A stretch of DNA of 64,000 nucleotides from Camelus dromedarius (taxonomy: Eukaryota). Below, in pieces: positions 37,301 to 50,559 of this stretch. The notes below the pieces were generated by a model. It saw only the letters and a program-made list of their open reading frames with translations, had not been told where the DNA came from and made no database searches. Each line of letters begins with the position of its first letter. The first letter of the stretch is position 1. A program made the translations under genes and the position numbers. Location of the stretch: the NCBI RefSeq assembly GCF_036321535.1, contig NC_087436.1, forward strand, positions 80,354,001 to 80,418,000, written 5' to 3'.

Positions 37301-38110
37301 GGGTAGCTTGGCTGTTGACATTTTCAAAGGGCCAGCTTTTGGTTTTACTGATTTTTTTTTTTTTTGGTATTTATTTCTTGTTTTCAATTTCACTGATATC
37401 TGCTCCAATTCTTATTATTTCTTTTCTTCTGCTTACTTTAGATTTAATTTGCTCTTCTTTTTTCTGGTTTCCTGAAGTGAAAACTTGGGTTATTGATTTT
37501 TGATCTTTGTTCTCTTCTAATATATGCATTCAGCAGTATAAATCTCCCTCTAAGTGGTACTTTCACTTACAAATTTTGATATGTTTCATTTACATTTAGC
37601 TCAAGACATGCTAAAATTTCTCTTGAGATTTCTTCTTTGGCTGATGTGTTATTTAGAAGTGTGGTGTTTAACTTCCACATGTTTGGGGATTTTCCTGTTA
37701 CTGATTTCTAGTTTAATTCCCTTAATGTGGTCTGAGAGCATTCATATGATTTATATTCTTTTAAATTTATTAAGATGTGTTCTATGGCCCAGAATGTGGT
37801 CTACGTTGAATTCCAAGGGAGCTTGAGAAGAATTTGTCTTTTGCTGTTGTTAGGTGTCTACAGATGTCAATTTTATCCAGTTGACTCGTGGTGCTGTTGA
37901 GTTCAGCTACATCTTACTGAATTTCTGCCTGCTGCATCTGTCCATTTCTGGTAGTGGGGTGTTGAGGTCTCGAACTATGATAGTGTATCATCTTCTTCTC
38001 CTTAAAGTTCTATCAGTTGTGACTCACATAGTTTGACTCTCTGTTGTTAGGTGCATCACTTGATCATTTATTTTCTTAAATTTTCTTTTGAAGTTTGACA
38101 CCTTTTAATT
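34330..38110 (-). mobile_element. Intergenic block of nested antisense L1 fragments (L1M-type 3' UTRs and ORF2)
   Basis: ORF 36827-37267 (NLDEMD...NNLPKKKTPGPDG...LPNSFYEASITLIP) and ORF 36017-36214 are ORF2p remnants. Confidence 0.9.
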
Positions 38111-39139
38111 TTGATGTTCAGGTGATGAGTTTTGTCTCTTGAGGGCCCTGCGGGCAGGCTCAGAGTCGGCCAGGAGTGTGTGGTTCACCCAGACATTCTC
38201 CAGGTCTCCACTGTGCATGTGCATGGCCTCACTCAGGAATATGCTTGGTCCAGCCACACAATGCCAGGCTCATGGGGCCATTTGCCTGCCCCACTCACCC
38301 TCTGCTGCAATTGTCACTTTCACTGACAACTTCACTGGGTACAAGCATCATTCACTGTTTCAAATTAAGTAATGGCTTTGACGGCTGGGGTCCTCACGGT
38401 TCTGTCCCGCCCTGCCAGATCTCCATGTCAGCTAAGCTGACCGAGGAACAGGAGCAGCCCAGGGAAAGAACTCCTGATGCCCACTGGACAGCACTTTCCC
38501 CAAGATAAGTGGTTTTCATATTGCTGCATTTTTTTTCTTTGCTCTCTAGAGCGCTGAAATAATTTTGTCCAGCTTTATAGATCCTTTTTGGGGAGAGGCT
38601 ATGTCAACCTCTTTCCTTAGATACAGCTGAGGATCTCACCCAGTCAATTTGATTTTAGAGTAGAAAAAGAAGGGATAGATCTTAATCCAAATATGACACT
38701 CCCAGCTGCAGAGCAGTGGCCATATATACATACTTATATTAAAATAAAAATAAAACGAAGGCCAGAAGAACTTAACAGAAGGTCTAAGTGAGACCCTTCA
38801 AACATACCTTCAATAGAATTTCCAGGTCCCCTGGGGGGAACACTGCAGAAGGTGCTGTGATTGTGGTCTATACAGGCAGGGTTCCTCGCCTGGGCTGGAG
38901 CCAGGGAGGGAGGAGAGGTGGCGGGAAAACTTCAGCAGGACCAGAGAGCCGGGCGCTTCCCCAGGTGCAGTGCAGGCTGTCACCCTCACCTACTTTCTTA
39001 CCAGATCCCTTCTTGAAAGAATATTGGGAAGTGGCCCGTCTCTAAATCAAAAAGACATTTTAATGAGGATCTGTAGGTGACACAGAGGAGGAGTGCAGTA
39101 TGGTTGGTTTTGTTCCCTGAGAATAAAAATCAACGGCTG

Positions 39140-39740
39140 GAGGGAATGTAAAATGTTACAACTGTTTTGGGAAATAGTTGGGCAGTTCCTCAATATGTCA
39201 AACAAAGAGTTACATATGGCCCAGCCATTCTACTCTTAGGTATATACTGGAGAGAAATGAAAATGCCCATTTACACAAACAACTGTATGTGGATTTTTTT
39301 TTTTTACAATAGTAAAAAAATGGGAACAAATAATGTCCATCAAGTGGTGAATGGATAAATGAAATCTGCTATATCCACATACTGAACTAAAATATTGGCA
39401 ACAAAAAGGAAGAAAGTTCTGATACATGCTAAAGTATGAATGACTCTCTAACATATCTGTTCCCCAAAATAAGACAGTGCCTAAAGGCCACATATCACAC
39501 GGTTCCATTACACAACATGTCCAGAATAGGCATGTATAGACACACAGTAGATTAGTGGTCACCAGAGGCTGGGGACAGGGAGAAGAATGGGGGTGACTGC
39601 TAATGGTGTGAGGTTTCTTTTGGGGTGATGAAAACATTCTAAAATTAGACTATGTGACAGCTGCACAACTCTGTGAACATGCTAACATTGATACATACTT
39701 GAATTTTATAGTATGGTAATTACAGCTCAATAAGATTGTT
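39140..39740 (+). mobile_element. Old L1 3' fragment
   Basis: ccagccattctactcttaggtatatac...atgtccatcaagtggtgaatggataaa...ggggtgatgaaaacattctaaaattaga. Confidence 0.85.
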
Positions 39741-40199
39741 TAAATATCTGACTATGGAATCTTTAATAACAGGATCGACAGGGGAGGGTGTCCTGAGCCT
39801 GGAGAGGGGCAGGGAAGGGCTGCCAGTTGACTCCACAACCGGGGACCCCGCAATGGTTCAGCCACCCATCCTCAAATTGTCCAATGGGCAGGACGGAGGG
39901 ATGGAGTATTTAAGACTCTCAGCTAGACTGGACTGGGAGAAGGTGGGCAGGCTCTCTTCTCTGGCATGGCTGCAAAGGCCCTATGGCTCCTGCCCTGGGC
40001 TTGTAGCTGGGTGGGTCCCCCTGTGGGAAGAGGTGACTTGCTCAAGTGTACCCTCAAGGACTAAGCGACTTTGAATGTTTAAGATCAAACCCCAGTGACA
40101 GTTTGATACGAAGTGTTCAGGTATGTGGTTTGTGAAAGCTCAAATTCAACACAAGATGATTTAAGCTTCCACATAAAGCAGATTGCATTAAAGTTGAAG

Positions 40200-40500
40200 A
40201 CCCATATATAACACACGAAGTGAAATAAACCAGTCACCAAAGGACAAACGCCATGTGATTCCACTTACGTGCGGGGTCTCAGTCCATCTCACAGAAGCAG
40301 AGAACAGGGTGGTGGTGGCCAGGGTCCCCGTGGAGGGGCCTGAGGGGAGACGCTGTTCACCGGGCATAAAGCTGCGGCTAGGTGGCGTGAGCAGCTTGGA
40401 GATCTGCTGTGCAGCACTGTGCCTACAGGTAACAACACTGTGCACTCAAAAATCTAAGTGGGCAAATCGCATGTTAAATGTTCTTACTACAGTTAAAAAG
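40200..40500 (+). mobile_element. L1MA-type 3' UTR fragment
   Basis: aagtgaaataaaccagtcaccaaaggacaaac...gttaaatgttcttactac. Confidence 0.75.
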
Positions 40501-42874
40501 AGAAGTTGAAGTGGGGTAAGTCAAGGACCGCCTCTAATTCCTTCACTCAACAAATTCATCAAGCAGCTGCTCTGCCAGGCGCAGTTGTGACCAAAACGGA
40601 TGCCAATCTCAGTCTCCATCTCAGTGGCTTTCACCCTGCAAGGGAGACATCACAAATGATAGCAGAGCAGACAGTGGGAGATGGTGGAGCGGAGGACAAG
40701 GCAGAGAAGGGTGACTGTGGAAGTCGGGGGCAGACGACATGCCACTGTAAATCCTGCAGGGTGGTCAGGGCAGGCCTCTCTTGGAAGGTGACGTTTGAGA
40801 CATGACTGAAGCAGGTGAGGGAGGAGGCAGAGGTTACAGTTGGGGTGAAGGCCCTGCCCTGGGGCGGGGAGCAGAGCAGAGTGAATGAGGCCAATCACTG
40901 CAGCTGAGTTGAGACTGGACCATGGCAGGTGAAGGCAGAAGTACAAAATCCTGCAGCCAGTCCCCAACCTATGGGTGGACCAGTGCTCAGGAGGGTCCAC
41001 TCACACTGGATGTCAGCAGATACAAAGTCTGGACAGAAGTATCCACACTTAGGAGGAGGAAGATGCAAACCAACGCTGTGAAACCTTTAATAAACACAGA
41101 AAGGCAGCCAAGAAGGCAGGGAAGTATTCACGCAAGACCAAGAACCCAGTCCCGGGGGAAAACAACCCTAAAAGAAGAGAATTTTCTAGGAAGGCCTTGT
41201 AATATATAAATCTGGTGAAAAATATCAATTCAATACAGAATCAAAGATGAGATGATGAAACAATAGAATATGAAAATGAAGACTGCAGAGCTAACAAAAC
41301 CAATGGTGACAAGAGTGTCTTTCTCACTGAGCTACAAACAGTAAGAAATGAGATAGACTTGCTGAAAATTCAATGACAGATTCCATACCTACACGAAGGC
41401 AAGCCTCTCATATAAAGTTCTTGAAAAGGGTAGTTATGACATTTTTATATTATCCTCAAGGCCCAGTGGAGTATGTATCAGCATGGACATAGGAATTGCT
41501 ACCTCAGAAGGAAAAATAAACCTACGTGGGTGGATCCACACCTGAACCACAAGCATACTTGGTAACACTGCCCAAGTAGATCTTGCTTCTTCCTCTTGGC
41601 AGAATCAGCCTACAGGGTTGGACTGTGATGACCCTTAAGTTTACAGCCAAAGGTTCTTTAGGTTGACCTTTGTTCCACAGTTTCTTTCTTTCTAATCAGG
41701 TTGCAAGGGGGTGGCTTGCTTTTATGAACCAAAATAGTGTTTTTCAGGGATAGCTTTTGTTTGAAATGTACAGTAGTGCTTGAGGACAAGATCATGAAGG
41801 AATTATTTTTCTTTAAATAACTGTCCTCTGCCTGGAATACAGCTTGCAAATTTCCTTTGTCTTTGTTGAACAGGAAGTGTGACATTTGAAAGCCAAGGTT
41901 GAGTTCCAACCCTTTATCTTCTTGATAAAGCAGGGCATGATGGGAGGGAAGTGATACCCTAAGTACATTTTCATTGTAGTCATTCCCCTGCCAAACCCAA
42001 CACCTCCCTCTACCAAAAAAAAAAAAAAAAAAGGAAAATGGAAAATGGGACCTGAGAGCTGTTTGTAATAATCACTGGCCTGGGAGCTGGGAAGAGAAGA
42101 GGCAGAACTGCCAGCAGCAGGGCTTGGGGACGCCCAGCATCCCTCCGCATTCCTTTGCTCTTGTGTAAAGTGAGGGTCTGGGAGGCATGCTTTCCCAGGG
42201 CTCTTCCCACACCGACGCCCTGCCTGCTGTGTGTCTGAGTGAAGATGCACTCCTCCCATCAGGGCTTTAAATATCTAGGCTTTAGAAAACGTTTTAGCGC
42301 CCCATTCCTTTCGTTTTCCTGTTTCCACATTAATGCTTCAATATATTGAGAACATACTGGTCAAGCACCACATGTCCTGTGTATGTTTCCTGATTTAACC
42401 CCTATGACTGTTCTCCAGGGGCAGGTATCATAAATCACAAGATTTACTTACGAGGAAGCTCAGATGTGGAGAAGTGGCCTCACATCACACAGTAACTGGC
42501 TGAATGACAACTTCAACCCCAGACTGACTCTCAGTTGCCAGGCTCCTGACCAGTACATCATATTAGGTAGAAATGTACCTAATATGAAAGGATTACAGGT
42601 TTTTTTTTTTTTTTTTACAATATCAAAATTTTGGAGTCTTGATCTAGAAGAACGTGACTTAACAAAGACCTTATTGGAAACCCCAATGCTTCAGAGATGC
42701 AGGTGGCCCCAGCAGGGAGCCCAGTGTGGCCAGGACTGGTCTTGCACTTGGGAAGTTTCAACAGGAGCCCCGCTGAAAACCCCAGGGCTGCGATTAAGAA
42801 TACTGCTCCCCAAGGAGAGTGCGGACCTGCTACTTTACAGTTTAGGTAGCATCTCATGTATCTTCCCCTTGGAC

Positions 42875-44294
42875 CAGAGCTTCTCAAAGTCTGACTCCCA
42901 GAGCCCCAGGAGTCCTGAAGACCCTTTCATGGGGTCTGCAAGGTGAAGCCCATTTTCATAAAAATACTGAAACGTGATTTGCCTTTTCCCACTACCTTGA
43001 TACTTGTACAGAACCGAGGTGCAAAAGCAGCGGTAGGACTGCTGGAACCTGAGCACGGAATCAGGCAGTGCCACCACACTGCTACTAGTCAGGATATGTT
43101 CTTTGTCACCAAGCACTTGCAGTAAGAAGGCAAATGTCTGCTTCACTTAAGAATGTCCTTGGAGAAGCAGTAAAGTTACTACTTTCATGAAGCCTTGAAC
43201 CTTAGGTTGTGTGACACAAAATGAGAGGCACCTGTAAGGTACCTGCATCCTGAAGTGCAGTTTGTCTCGAAGAAAAGCACGTGTGCAACTGAGTGTGGCC
43301 GGCCTGCTGCTCCTTTCACCGCACACCCACCGTGCGCCGTCTCTCCCCGAAAGGACGGCTGACAACTACGGTGCTTTGGCAGAAATGGTCTTGAAGTTAA
43401 CAGGGTGAGCCTATTGCCTCAAAAACAAAAACAAAAACGAAAACAAAAACAAAAACAAAAACCCAGCAAACAGTACTTACTGCCATTGATAAAATTTTAG
43501 AGTTTAAGCAAAAATCCTAATTTTGGAAAACTTGTGATATCCACCGCTGTGAGTTTGACTTAGAATTTCCTGAGACTGCTGGGAATATTTTTTATTACGT
43601 ATGATGTGACTTTTTGATATATTACAGAATGAAATATATCAACACTTGGAAGACATACACACACCATGGTAGCAGTGATGTAGTTCCCAATGGCCAGCGG
43701 GTGCTGTAAAGTTATGCATGGGTAAAAGACAGATTCAAAGTGCAGATAAACTAATGGATTTTAAGGGAATAGAGTATAAAATGTTCATTAATGTAGTTTC
43801 AAATGCCATATAGTAATCAATCTTTAAGAAACTTAAAACTACCAAGAAACAATGACCCGAACGGGCTATTAAAATACTCCCCCACTTTCCAACCACATAC
43901 CTGTGTGAGGCAGGATTTTCCTCATATGTGTCAGCCAAAACAAAGTCTCACCAAAGACTGAATGTAGAAGCAGATATGAGAATCCACCTGTGTTCAATTA
44001 AGGCAGACATTAAAGAGATTTGCAGAATCATAAAACCATGCCACTCTTTTCACTAATTTTTTTTTAAGGGGGCAGTTTGGAAAAGTTTATTTTTTTTATA
44101 GAAATACGTAACTGATGTTAATACATAATAGTTTCATCATTGCTATTTCTAAATAAATATACATCTTTTAAAAATCTGTTTTGCTAATACAAGGACTACT
44201 AATAGATGCAACCCATATAAACAATAGCAGTTAAGGTCCTTGATAGTGTTTAAGGATCAAAAGGTCTTAAGACCAACAAGGTGAAGCAGCGTTA
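42875..44294 (+). mobile_element. Charlie1a-like hAT DNA transposon, near full length
   Basis: Starts cagagcttctcaaagt; internal hAT transposase remnants; degenerate 8-bp TSD ccttggac / tcttagac; contains an (AAAAAC)n tract at ~43420-43462. Confidence 0.8.
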
Positions 44295-44536
44295 TCTTAG
44301 ACTCCTCCCATCCTCACAGTCAGTACTCACACGGGGGACCTGGTGCACTGACAGGGCCTTCAGAAGTTCACAAGCTGAGGAGAGCTGCCCTCTTCTCTGC
44401 ATTTCGGTGCCATGGCTCTCCCAACACCATGCTATCTCTAAGCATGGGAGCTTGGTGTGGTGCCATTTCTAGCAGAAGTCAAAAGGAACAACAAATAAAA
44501 AGGAGCTTTGCAGGGGGTGGGGGAAAATACTGGTAA

Positions 44537-44539
<3 letters not shown>

Positions 44540-44571
<32 letters not shown>
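44540..44571. repeat. A32 homopolymer
   Basis: Direct count. Confidence 0.95.
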
Positions 44572-44572
<1 letters not shown>

Positions 44573-45480
44573 AGGACTAAGCTAGTGCTAAACCAGTTCC
44601 ACTGGACTGCTTCTTCTGTGATGCTCCAAAAGGGCCAAAATGAGTGAAGAGGAAATTTTATTGAAGATGTTTTTTGCATGTTTGTCCTTGAAACCCTGAC
44701 AGAATTTTTGCAGGCTCATCCTTGACAGCAACTCTTCCAAGGTCATTAGCATTTTGAGTAGTACTGCATCAAAACAATGGGAACTGCCCTAGGTTTTCTC
44801 TTACCACTGACTTATTTTTGGAGAAGTATCTGTTGTCCTAGCAGTTCTTGGCATTCCTGTATTTTCTGCCACAAAACTGGAGTTGCATTGGCATAGGATC
44901 TGTAATAAGCACAATAATCTTTAAATTTGACACTCTGCTGTTCACACTTAAAATGAACTGGCAACTCTGTGAGTATCTTTAGAAAGAAGGAAAGTCACTA
45001 AAGCAGCCTAAATAAACTTAAAATGTGTTTTCTATACTCTCTTTTACTGGGAAGTCAGTTTTACAACCAAGTAAGCTAGTAACTATAAAAGTATATGTGA
45101 GTTGCTACCATTCTCAGATCAGGACTGCAAAGACAAGACTGGCCAATGACAGTGGGTGCTGTGCTTCCAGAAGGGGCTGCCCCTGGAATCCAGCACAACT
45201 GGGAAGCTCAGGATGCAGAAAGCCTGGTTTTCAAAGATGGATCAAACTAGAAATTGAACCAGACCCTAATAGCCAACATCTCTGAAAGCAGAGATTTTAA
45301 GCAGGTATTTTTGAAGGATATATTCACAACTTAAAAAGAACTACACAAAGTTCCATTAGACCTCATTTTTGTTTTTCTATCCCTGAAGAATTGGCTTAGA
45401 AACAACTTTCTTTTCCTTTTTTGGGGGGATGTTGGGGGATGGTGGTAAATAGTAGGTATTTATTTGAAATAAAAAAAAAA

Positions 45481-48400
45481 GTATCTGGACTATTGCATTT
45501 AATCATGTATTGTAATTGTGTTACTCTACCTTTTTGCATCAGAGACAGATATACAATGAACATTCAGTTATCACAGATTGCACACTAGATAGTAATTCTC
45601 CAGGCCTTTTACATAACCACCAAAGAACAGATAATCGGATTCTGCAATATAGTACAAAAGTCCACAATCAATCCAGTCTTAGCCAGTATCTTCAATTTAC
45701 TTCTGTTGCTGTACAAATAATTGGCCATTACTAGGGCTTACAAGTTAATAACAGGACAAAAAAAATATACATTGCACTGACACAAAAAGTCAGCTGTGTT
45801 AATTGTCATGCAACAAGTAACCAAACTTGCTGAAATTAAAAATACTCTCTAAAAACAGTTTTAACGGCATAAATATTTTATACACAGTTCATTTACCAAA
45901 ACAAAATGTATTTAAATGATACAAAGCAAAAATAAGTTTCTACCAACTTTATACATAAGAAAGTGCAAAATAACTTATCTAGAGTGTTTTGCTATTATCC
46001 AGATGGATGGCTGCTAGGGGCAGCGATTCTCCTCCTCAAAAGCATGACGTGACAGGTGCATACCAGACACGAATGTTAGAACACATGAATGAATAAATGG
46101 ACAAATGGATGGAAGGAAGGACAAACGAACTGCAAAGATCAGGCAGAAGCCCTGTGAGGTACTCTCAGAGAAAGAACACGGACCACACAAAGGTGGATGT
46201 ACATGCTGAGAATATATGTTGGTAAACAAGTTTACATGGAACACAGAAAGACAGCCGGAGAAACAATCAGTTTATGTATGTGAGTGTACTTGTATGTGTG
46301 AGTGATTTGTGATTTCTGCATTAGAAGCAAAAAGAAAATAAACCCCACTGAACAAAACAGTTGCCCACAGCACCAGCTGCCAGAGGAAATGCTATCACGA
46401 GGGTTTTGGTTTCCACCTTCTAGTTATGGAAGTTGTGTTGGAAAGTTTAAAAGTGTTCATCTCATATAACTTCATATTACACAGAGGAATAACCTTTAAG
46501 TAACTACATACAGACATTCATATATTCAAGTCTTTAAAGAACACCTCTGCCGTTGGGTTTGGGGTAGACATGGGTCATGGACACAAGGAGGACACGTCTT
46601 TTAAAAAGTGTAGAATAACACTGCTACCGCTCACCTACACGGCCGGACAGGGGCAGAGCCTGCGGCGACGCCAGGGCACGACTCCTGCAACTGCTGAACA
46701 TCCAGCATCATTTACGAGAATTGAAGTAAGGAGGTGGGGGGCGGGGAGGGGTAAGACACAAAGGAAAACAGAACACAACTTCTCTTCAAGTTAAAGTATT
46801 AATGCCAATAATCCTTTTATTAACAAGTATATTTGAACTTTTAGAAATGGAAGTGTTGTAATCAATTTTGATATGTAATCATAAATAGACTGTAGGCTCA
46901 AACCTAGGTAAATAAAGGTTTAAATTTAGTAAGCGTAAGGCACTAAAGCAGCCTTTATATTTTCTCTTGGAGACCTAGTTATCAGGAAGAACAAATTTGT
47001 TCTTAAGCTGGTTTCAGCCCATTAGGTACAAGATTACTGTTGTACCAATGCCTGTTTTGAATGCATGTGCATATAGTGCATTTTAGTGCATAAGTGTGCC
47101 TGTCACCAGGGCCTAAAGATGAAACGTCGGGAAAGCCAAAGCCGCTGTCCTTCGTATGAAACCCCATGAGGTGTGAAGGCCTGTGACCGTCCTTCCTTTC
47201 TTGGGCCATGACTGCGTCTACATTTTTCAGATCACAGGGCTTTTTAGAATTGTTCATAATACTATCACTAAATATCTGAAAATTTTAAAATCTAGATTAA
47301 TTGTTTCATTTGTTTTTTATATATATGTGTATATATATATATATATGTACATAACACACATTTAAAAAAATCCCACCACCAAAGCCTTTTTCTGTAAACT
47401 AATCTCTTAGCCCCTACCAGCTTTAGTCTCCCTGGATTTGTGTGTTCTGTATCCAACTAGTAGAACAAATTAAATAACTAAATATTAAAATACTGTAACT
47501 ATATTCATAGCAAAAAAACAAAAAAATAGACGTTGATACAGTATAAATCTCACTGTTTTCAGGTAGATGGCATTAAATGGTAAAGGTTAATTATAAGCAG
47601 TTCTGACATGATCCAGTTTTACAACAAGGTTTATATGTTAATTCTGTACAGTACACTTTTTTCTTTTTTTTTTAACCCTTTTTTGAAAATAAGCTATAGC
47701 AGAACATGAGTGTCACCAGACACGTACTTCTGTTCTACGCAAGAGCAGCTACTTTGGGCTACATGCAAATACACGTCCACTAGTTGAAGCAGGGCTGTCC
47801 TGCACTGCGTTGGGACCCCCGCCACGCAGTGCTAAGAAGGTATGTGACGACCAAAGAGCAGTCCAAAGAGACGTTTACGTGGGGTCTTACAACACGAGAA
47901 CAACACTGAGGTGGTACACAGCCACGTGTGAGACACCCACATATGTCCAGGGTATCTCGCACCCAGACTCCTATTCTCCCACACTGTTTCCTCAAGAAGG
48001 TCCCCATTACATTGTTTTGGTTATTAGCCTAAGTTAAGTGGAGATACTGTGGGCAACTTGAAAGAAAGGACATCGGGCACATGGGCTGGGATAGAAAGGG
48101 GGTGGGAAAAAAAAGACCACAGATAATGTCTTTGAGGATTTAAAAAAACATATTTATAATTAATTGGTGAGCGATGTCAGACAAACCGTAAGTAGTTCAT
48201 TGAGTCAGTGGTTTAGTTTGAAGTCTCATGTTACAGGCAGTTAAGTCCTTATTTAGAAAAAAGGCCTTTGTACCTATTTACAATATACACAGTTACTTGC
48301 AAAGAAGTCAGATTTACAACCATTTTCTAAAAGCCTTTTTTTTTTTGTAGTCGTTGGTTTTTCCAAATAAGGATGAGTAGCTCTACAAAAATGAGACGCA

Positions 48401-48707
48401 AGAAAAAGACAGTTAGTGAGGATTTCTCTTGGAGACAGCTATTGTCAAGGGAGAATCGGATACGGACACTGCTGCTCGTAGGAACCACCTCGTACTCTTC
48501 CTGTGCTGTTCACCTGAAGTGCCTGCCCCGACTGCTCTCCACACCCGTTTGTTCAGTGATCCCTCTGAGTTCCATACTTCAAACAGGTGGTATGGAGATG
48601 TGTCAACGGAGACTGTCCGCGCCTTCCGAGCTGCGAGCTGTGACGGGGGGCGGGGGGCATCGGGGAGGGGTCTACAGACCATGGTCTCCAATCAGCTTGT
48701 GGAATCT
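45481..48707 (-). other. WDFY3: WDFY3 3' UTR (~3.2 kb, end inferred)
   Basis: Repeat-poor, AU-rich sequence between the TGA stop and the poly(A) signals. Confidence 0.65.
45498..45503 (-). terminator. Probable WDFY3 poly(A) signal (ATTAAA); alternative AATAAA at 45459-45464
   Basis: Minus strand reads ATTAAA-tgcaatagtccagatac then a T10 tract (U-rich downstream element). Confidence 0.55.
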
Positions 48708-48831
48708 TCAACAAATTCGAGGGCCATCTTCTGAACCCCTCTCATGCTGTAAGTTGTAATAACAGTTCTGACAAACACGTACCGGGGATGAAATTTTCAA
48801 GCGTTTGATTTCTGACTGAAATCGGCTGCAC
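48708..48831 (-). CDS. WDFY3: WDFY3 terminal coding exon (FYVE C-terminal half)
   Basis: ttcctttag| acceptor; (K)CSRFQSEIKRLKISSPVRVCQNCYYNLQHERGSEDGPRIC, stop TGA; RVC motif of FYVE. Confidence 0.97.
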
Positions 48832-50094
48832 CTAAAGGAAAAGCAAAATCAAGCAGTTACGGGACTTCTCCATCTTTGATCACTGGGCTCAGAAACGCTG
48901 GTCTGAAAACTAAATGGGAAGCTTGTGGTAAGGATAGTGCCAAGGAGCATCCGGGGCCAGAGGGATGCCAAGGGCACACGGTTTGCCTCACGCGGTCTGA
49001 CCAAGGACTCAAATGAACGCTGTCTCAGTCTACGGAGAAAGGCAGTACTAAACCTAGGCAAGCCATTTATTTGACTGTAGAGAATTTGGAAAAAAAAAAA
49101 ATTTTCCTTCAGGATGAAGCCAAGGGGTCCAAACAGGTATAAGGCCTGTGCAGGACGGGTCCTCACGGCCTGTACACTTGGGAGGTGTCTTTACTTAGAG
49201 CCTGACTTTTTTCTTTTGGCAAAAGAGGACTTACTACCCATTTTAAAAGGCACTTTGGTCACCATCAAGTTCCTTTGGGCTTTTAAACACTTGGATTCAC
49301 TCCTCAGTCATTTCTTAAACAGGTAGTTTGGCTTTTCTGTCTGGTCCAAATGTTCTCATTTTCTGTTTATCTTGATAGAATTCCTTGAAGTAGACTATAC
49401 TTAGAGATGTTCAAGTTCTTTTTTATAGGAAGTATCCCCATTCCTAGCACAGGGCAGCGCATGACCTTGGACGTGGCACTTCATCATTTTAAGCCTGTAC
49501 TTCACAAGACTGAAGTAGAGAACTCTATCCCCTCCGTTAATCTGCCAGTAAAAGTGTGCAGAGAGTAAATGAAGTGCTACCAGCCCAAGGGGGTTCAAGC
49601 ACTGTTACTAGACTTTGACAAGACCCTCAGGAATGCTGACCAGCTCTCTCAGCAACTGAGGGCACAGAGACCACCGGCAGGGCCGCGCCCTGTGAGACAG
49701 CTCTTCCTTGCTGGGCCTCCTCTGTCATCATCAACCACTGTTGGGCTGGGTTTTTCAAATAAAGCCTCCATCCAACATTTGATAGCAATGGGTAATTTAA
49801 AGAATTACCTACATTTAAGCAATACTTGGAAAACTAAACATTACGAAGAACAGATGTGTGCCCGGTACGTACAGAGATGCTGACTGCCAGAAATTACTAG
49901 ATCACCACTTTAGAGAGCGGGCTTCTCAAGCACAGACCCGCAAGACAGAATCCTCTGCCAGCCTCACAGAACTTCCCATAAGAGACGGCTGGCAACAACA
50001 TTCTGGCCACCTCATCTGGAATCAGACCTCCCAGGAGGAAAGTTTAAGACATTAGTCTGAGAAAAAAATGAATGATTATAATAACGTTTCTTAC

Positions 50095-50330
50095 TGAACA
50101 CTTATATTGCCAGACTTTACACCTGGTGCTTTACAAACCTCATACATGATTTCATTTAATTCTCTCAACACCTTCGACAGTGGGGGGTGTGTGTGTGTGT
50201 GTGTAATTACCTGCATCTTACAGATGATGAAGAAACTGAAGCTCAGAGAGGGTGAGAAACATACCTGAGATAATAAAATGGACACAGCCCAGGGAGCATT
50301 TGGTCAGAGGAAGTCCAAGGCCACGTCCTT
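50095..50330 (-). mobile_element. MIR with internal (GT)n
   Basis: atttcatttaattctctcaacacc...cagatgatgaagaaactgaagctcagagaggg. Confidence 0.75.
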
Positions 50331-50559
50331 TCTAATAAGCTAACGCCCCTCAGTGACTGGCTCAGAAACGATGACACACAAACACACTCTGTTTTCTGTG
50401 AAGGCCTCTCCCTAGTGAGGCCATGTGAGCATTAGAGAGTACTGCCCACGGGAACTCTCCTGCCGTCTGCCGTGGAAAGTGAGCACCGCACGTGCACGGT
50501 GGGACCCCAGGGCACGACAGAGACGGCATCCGAGTCAGTGATGGTGGGACAGCGGGCTT

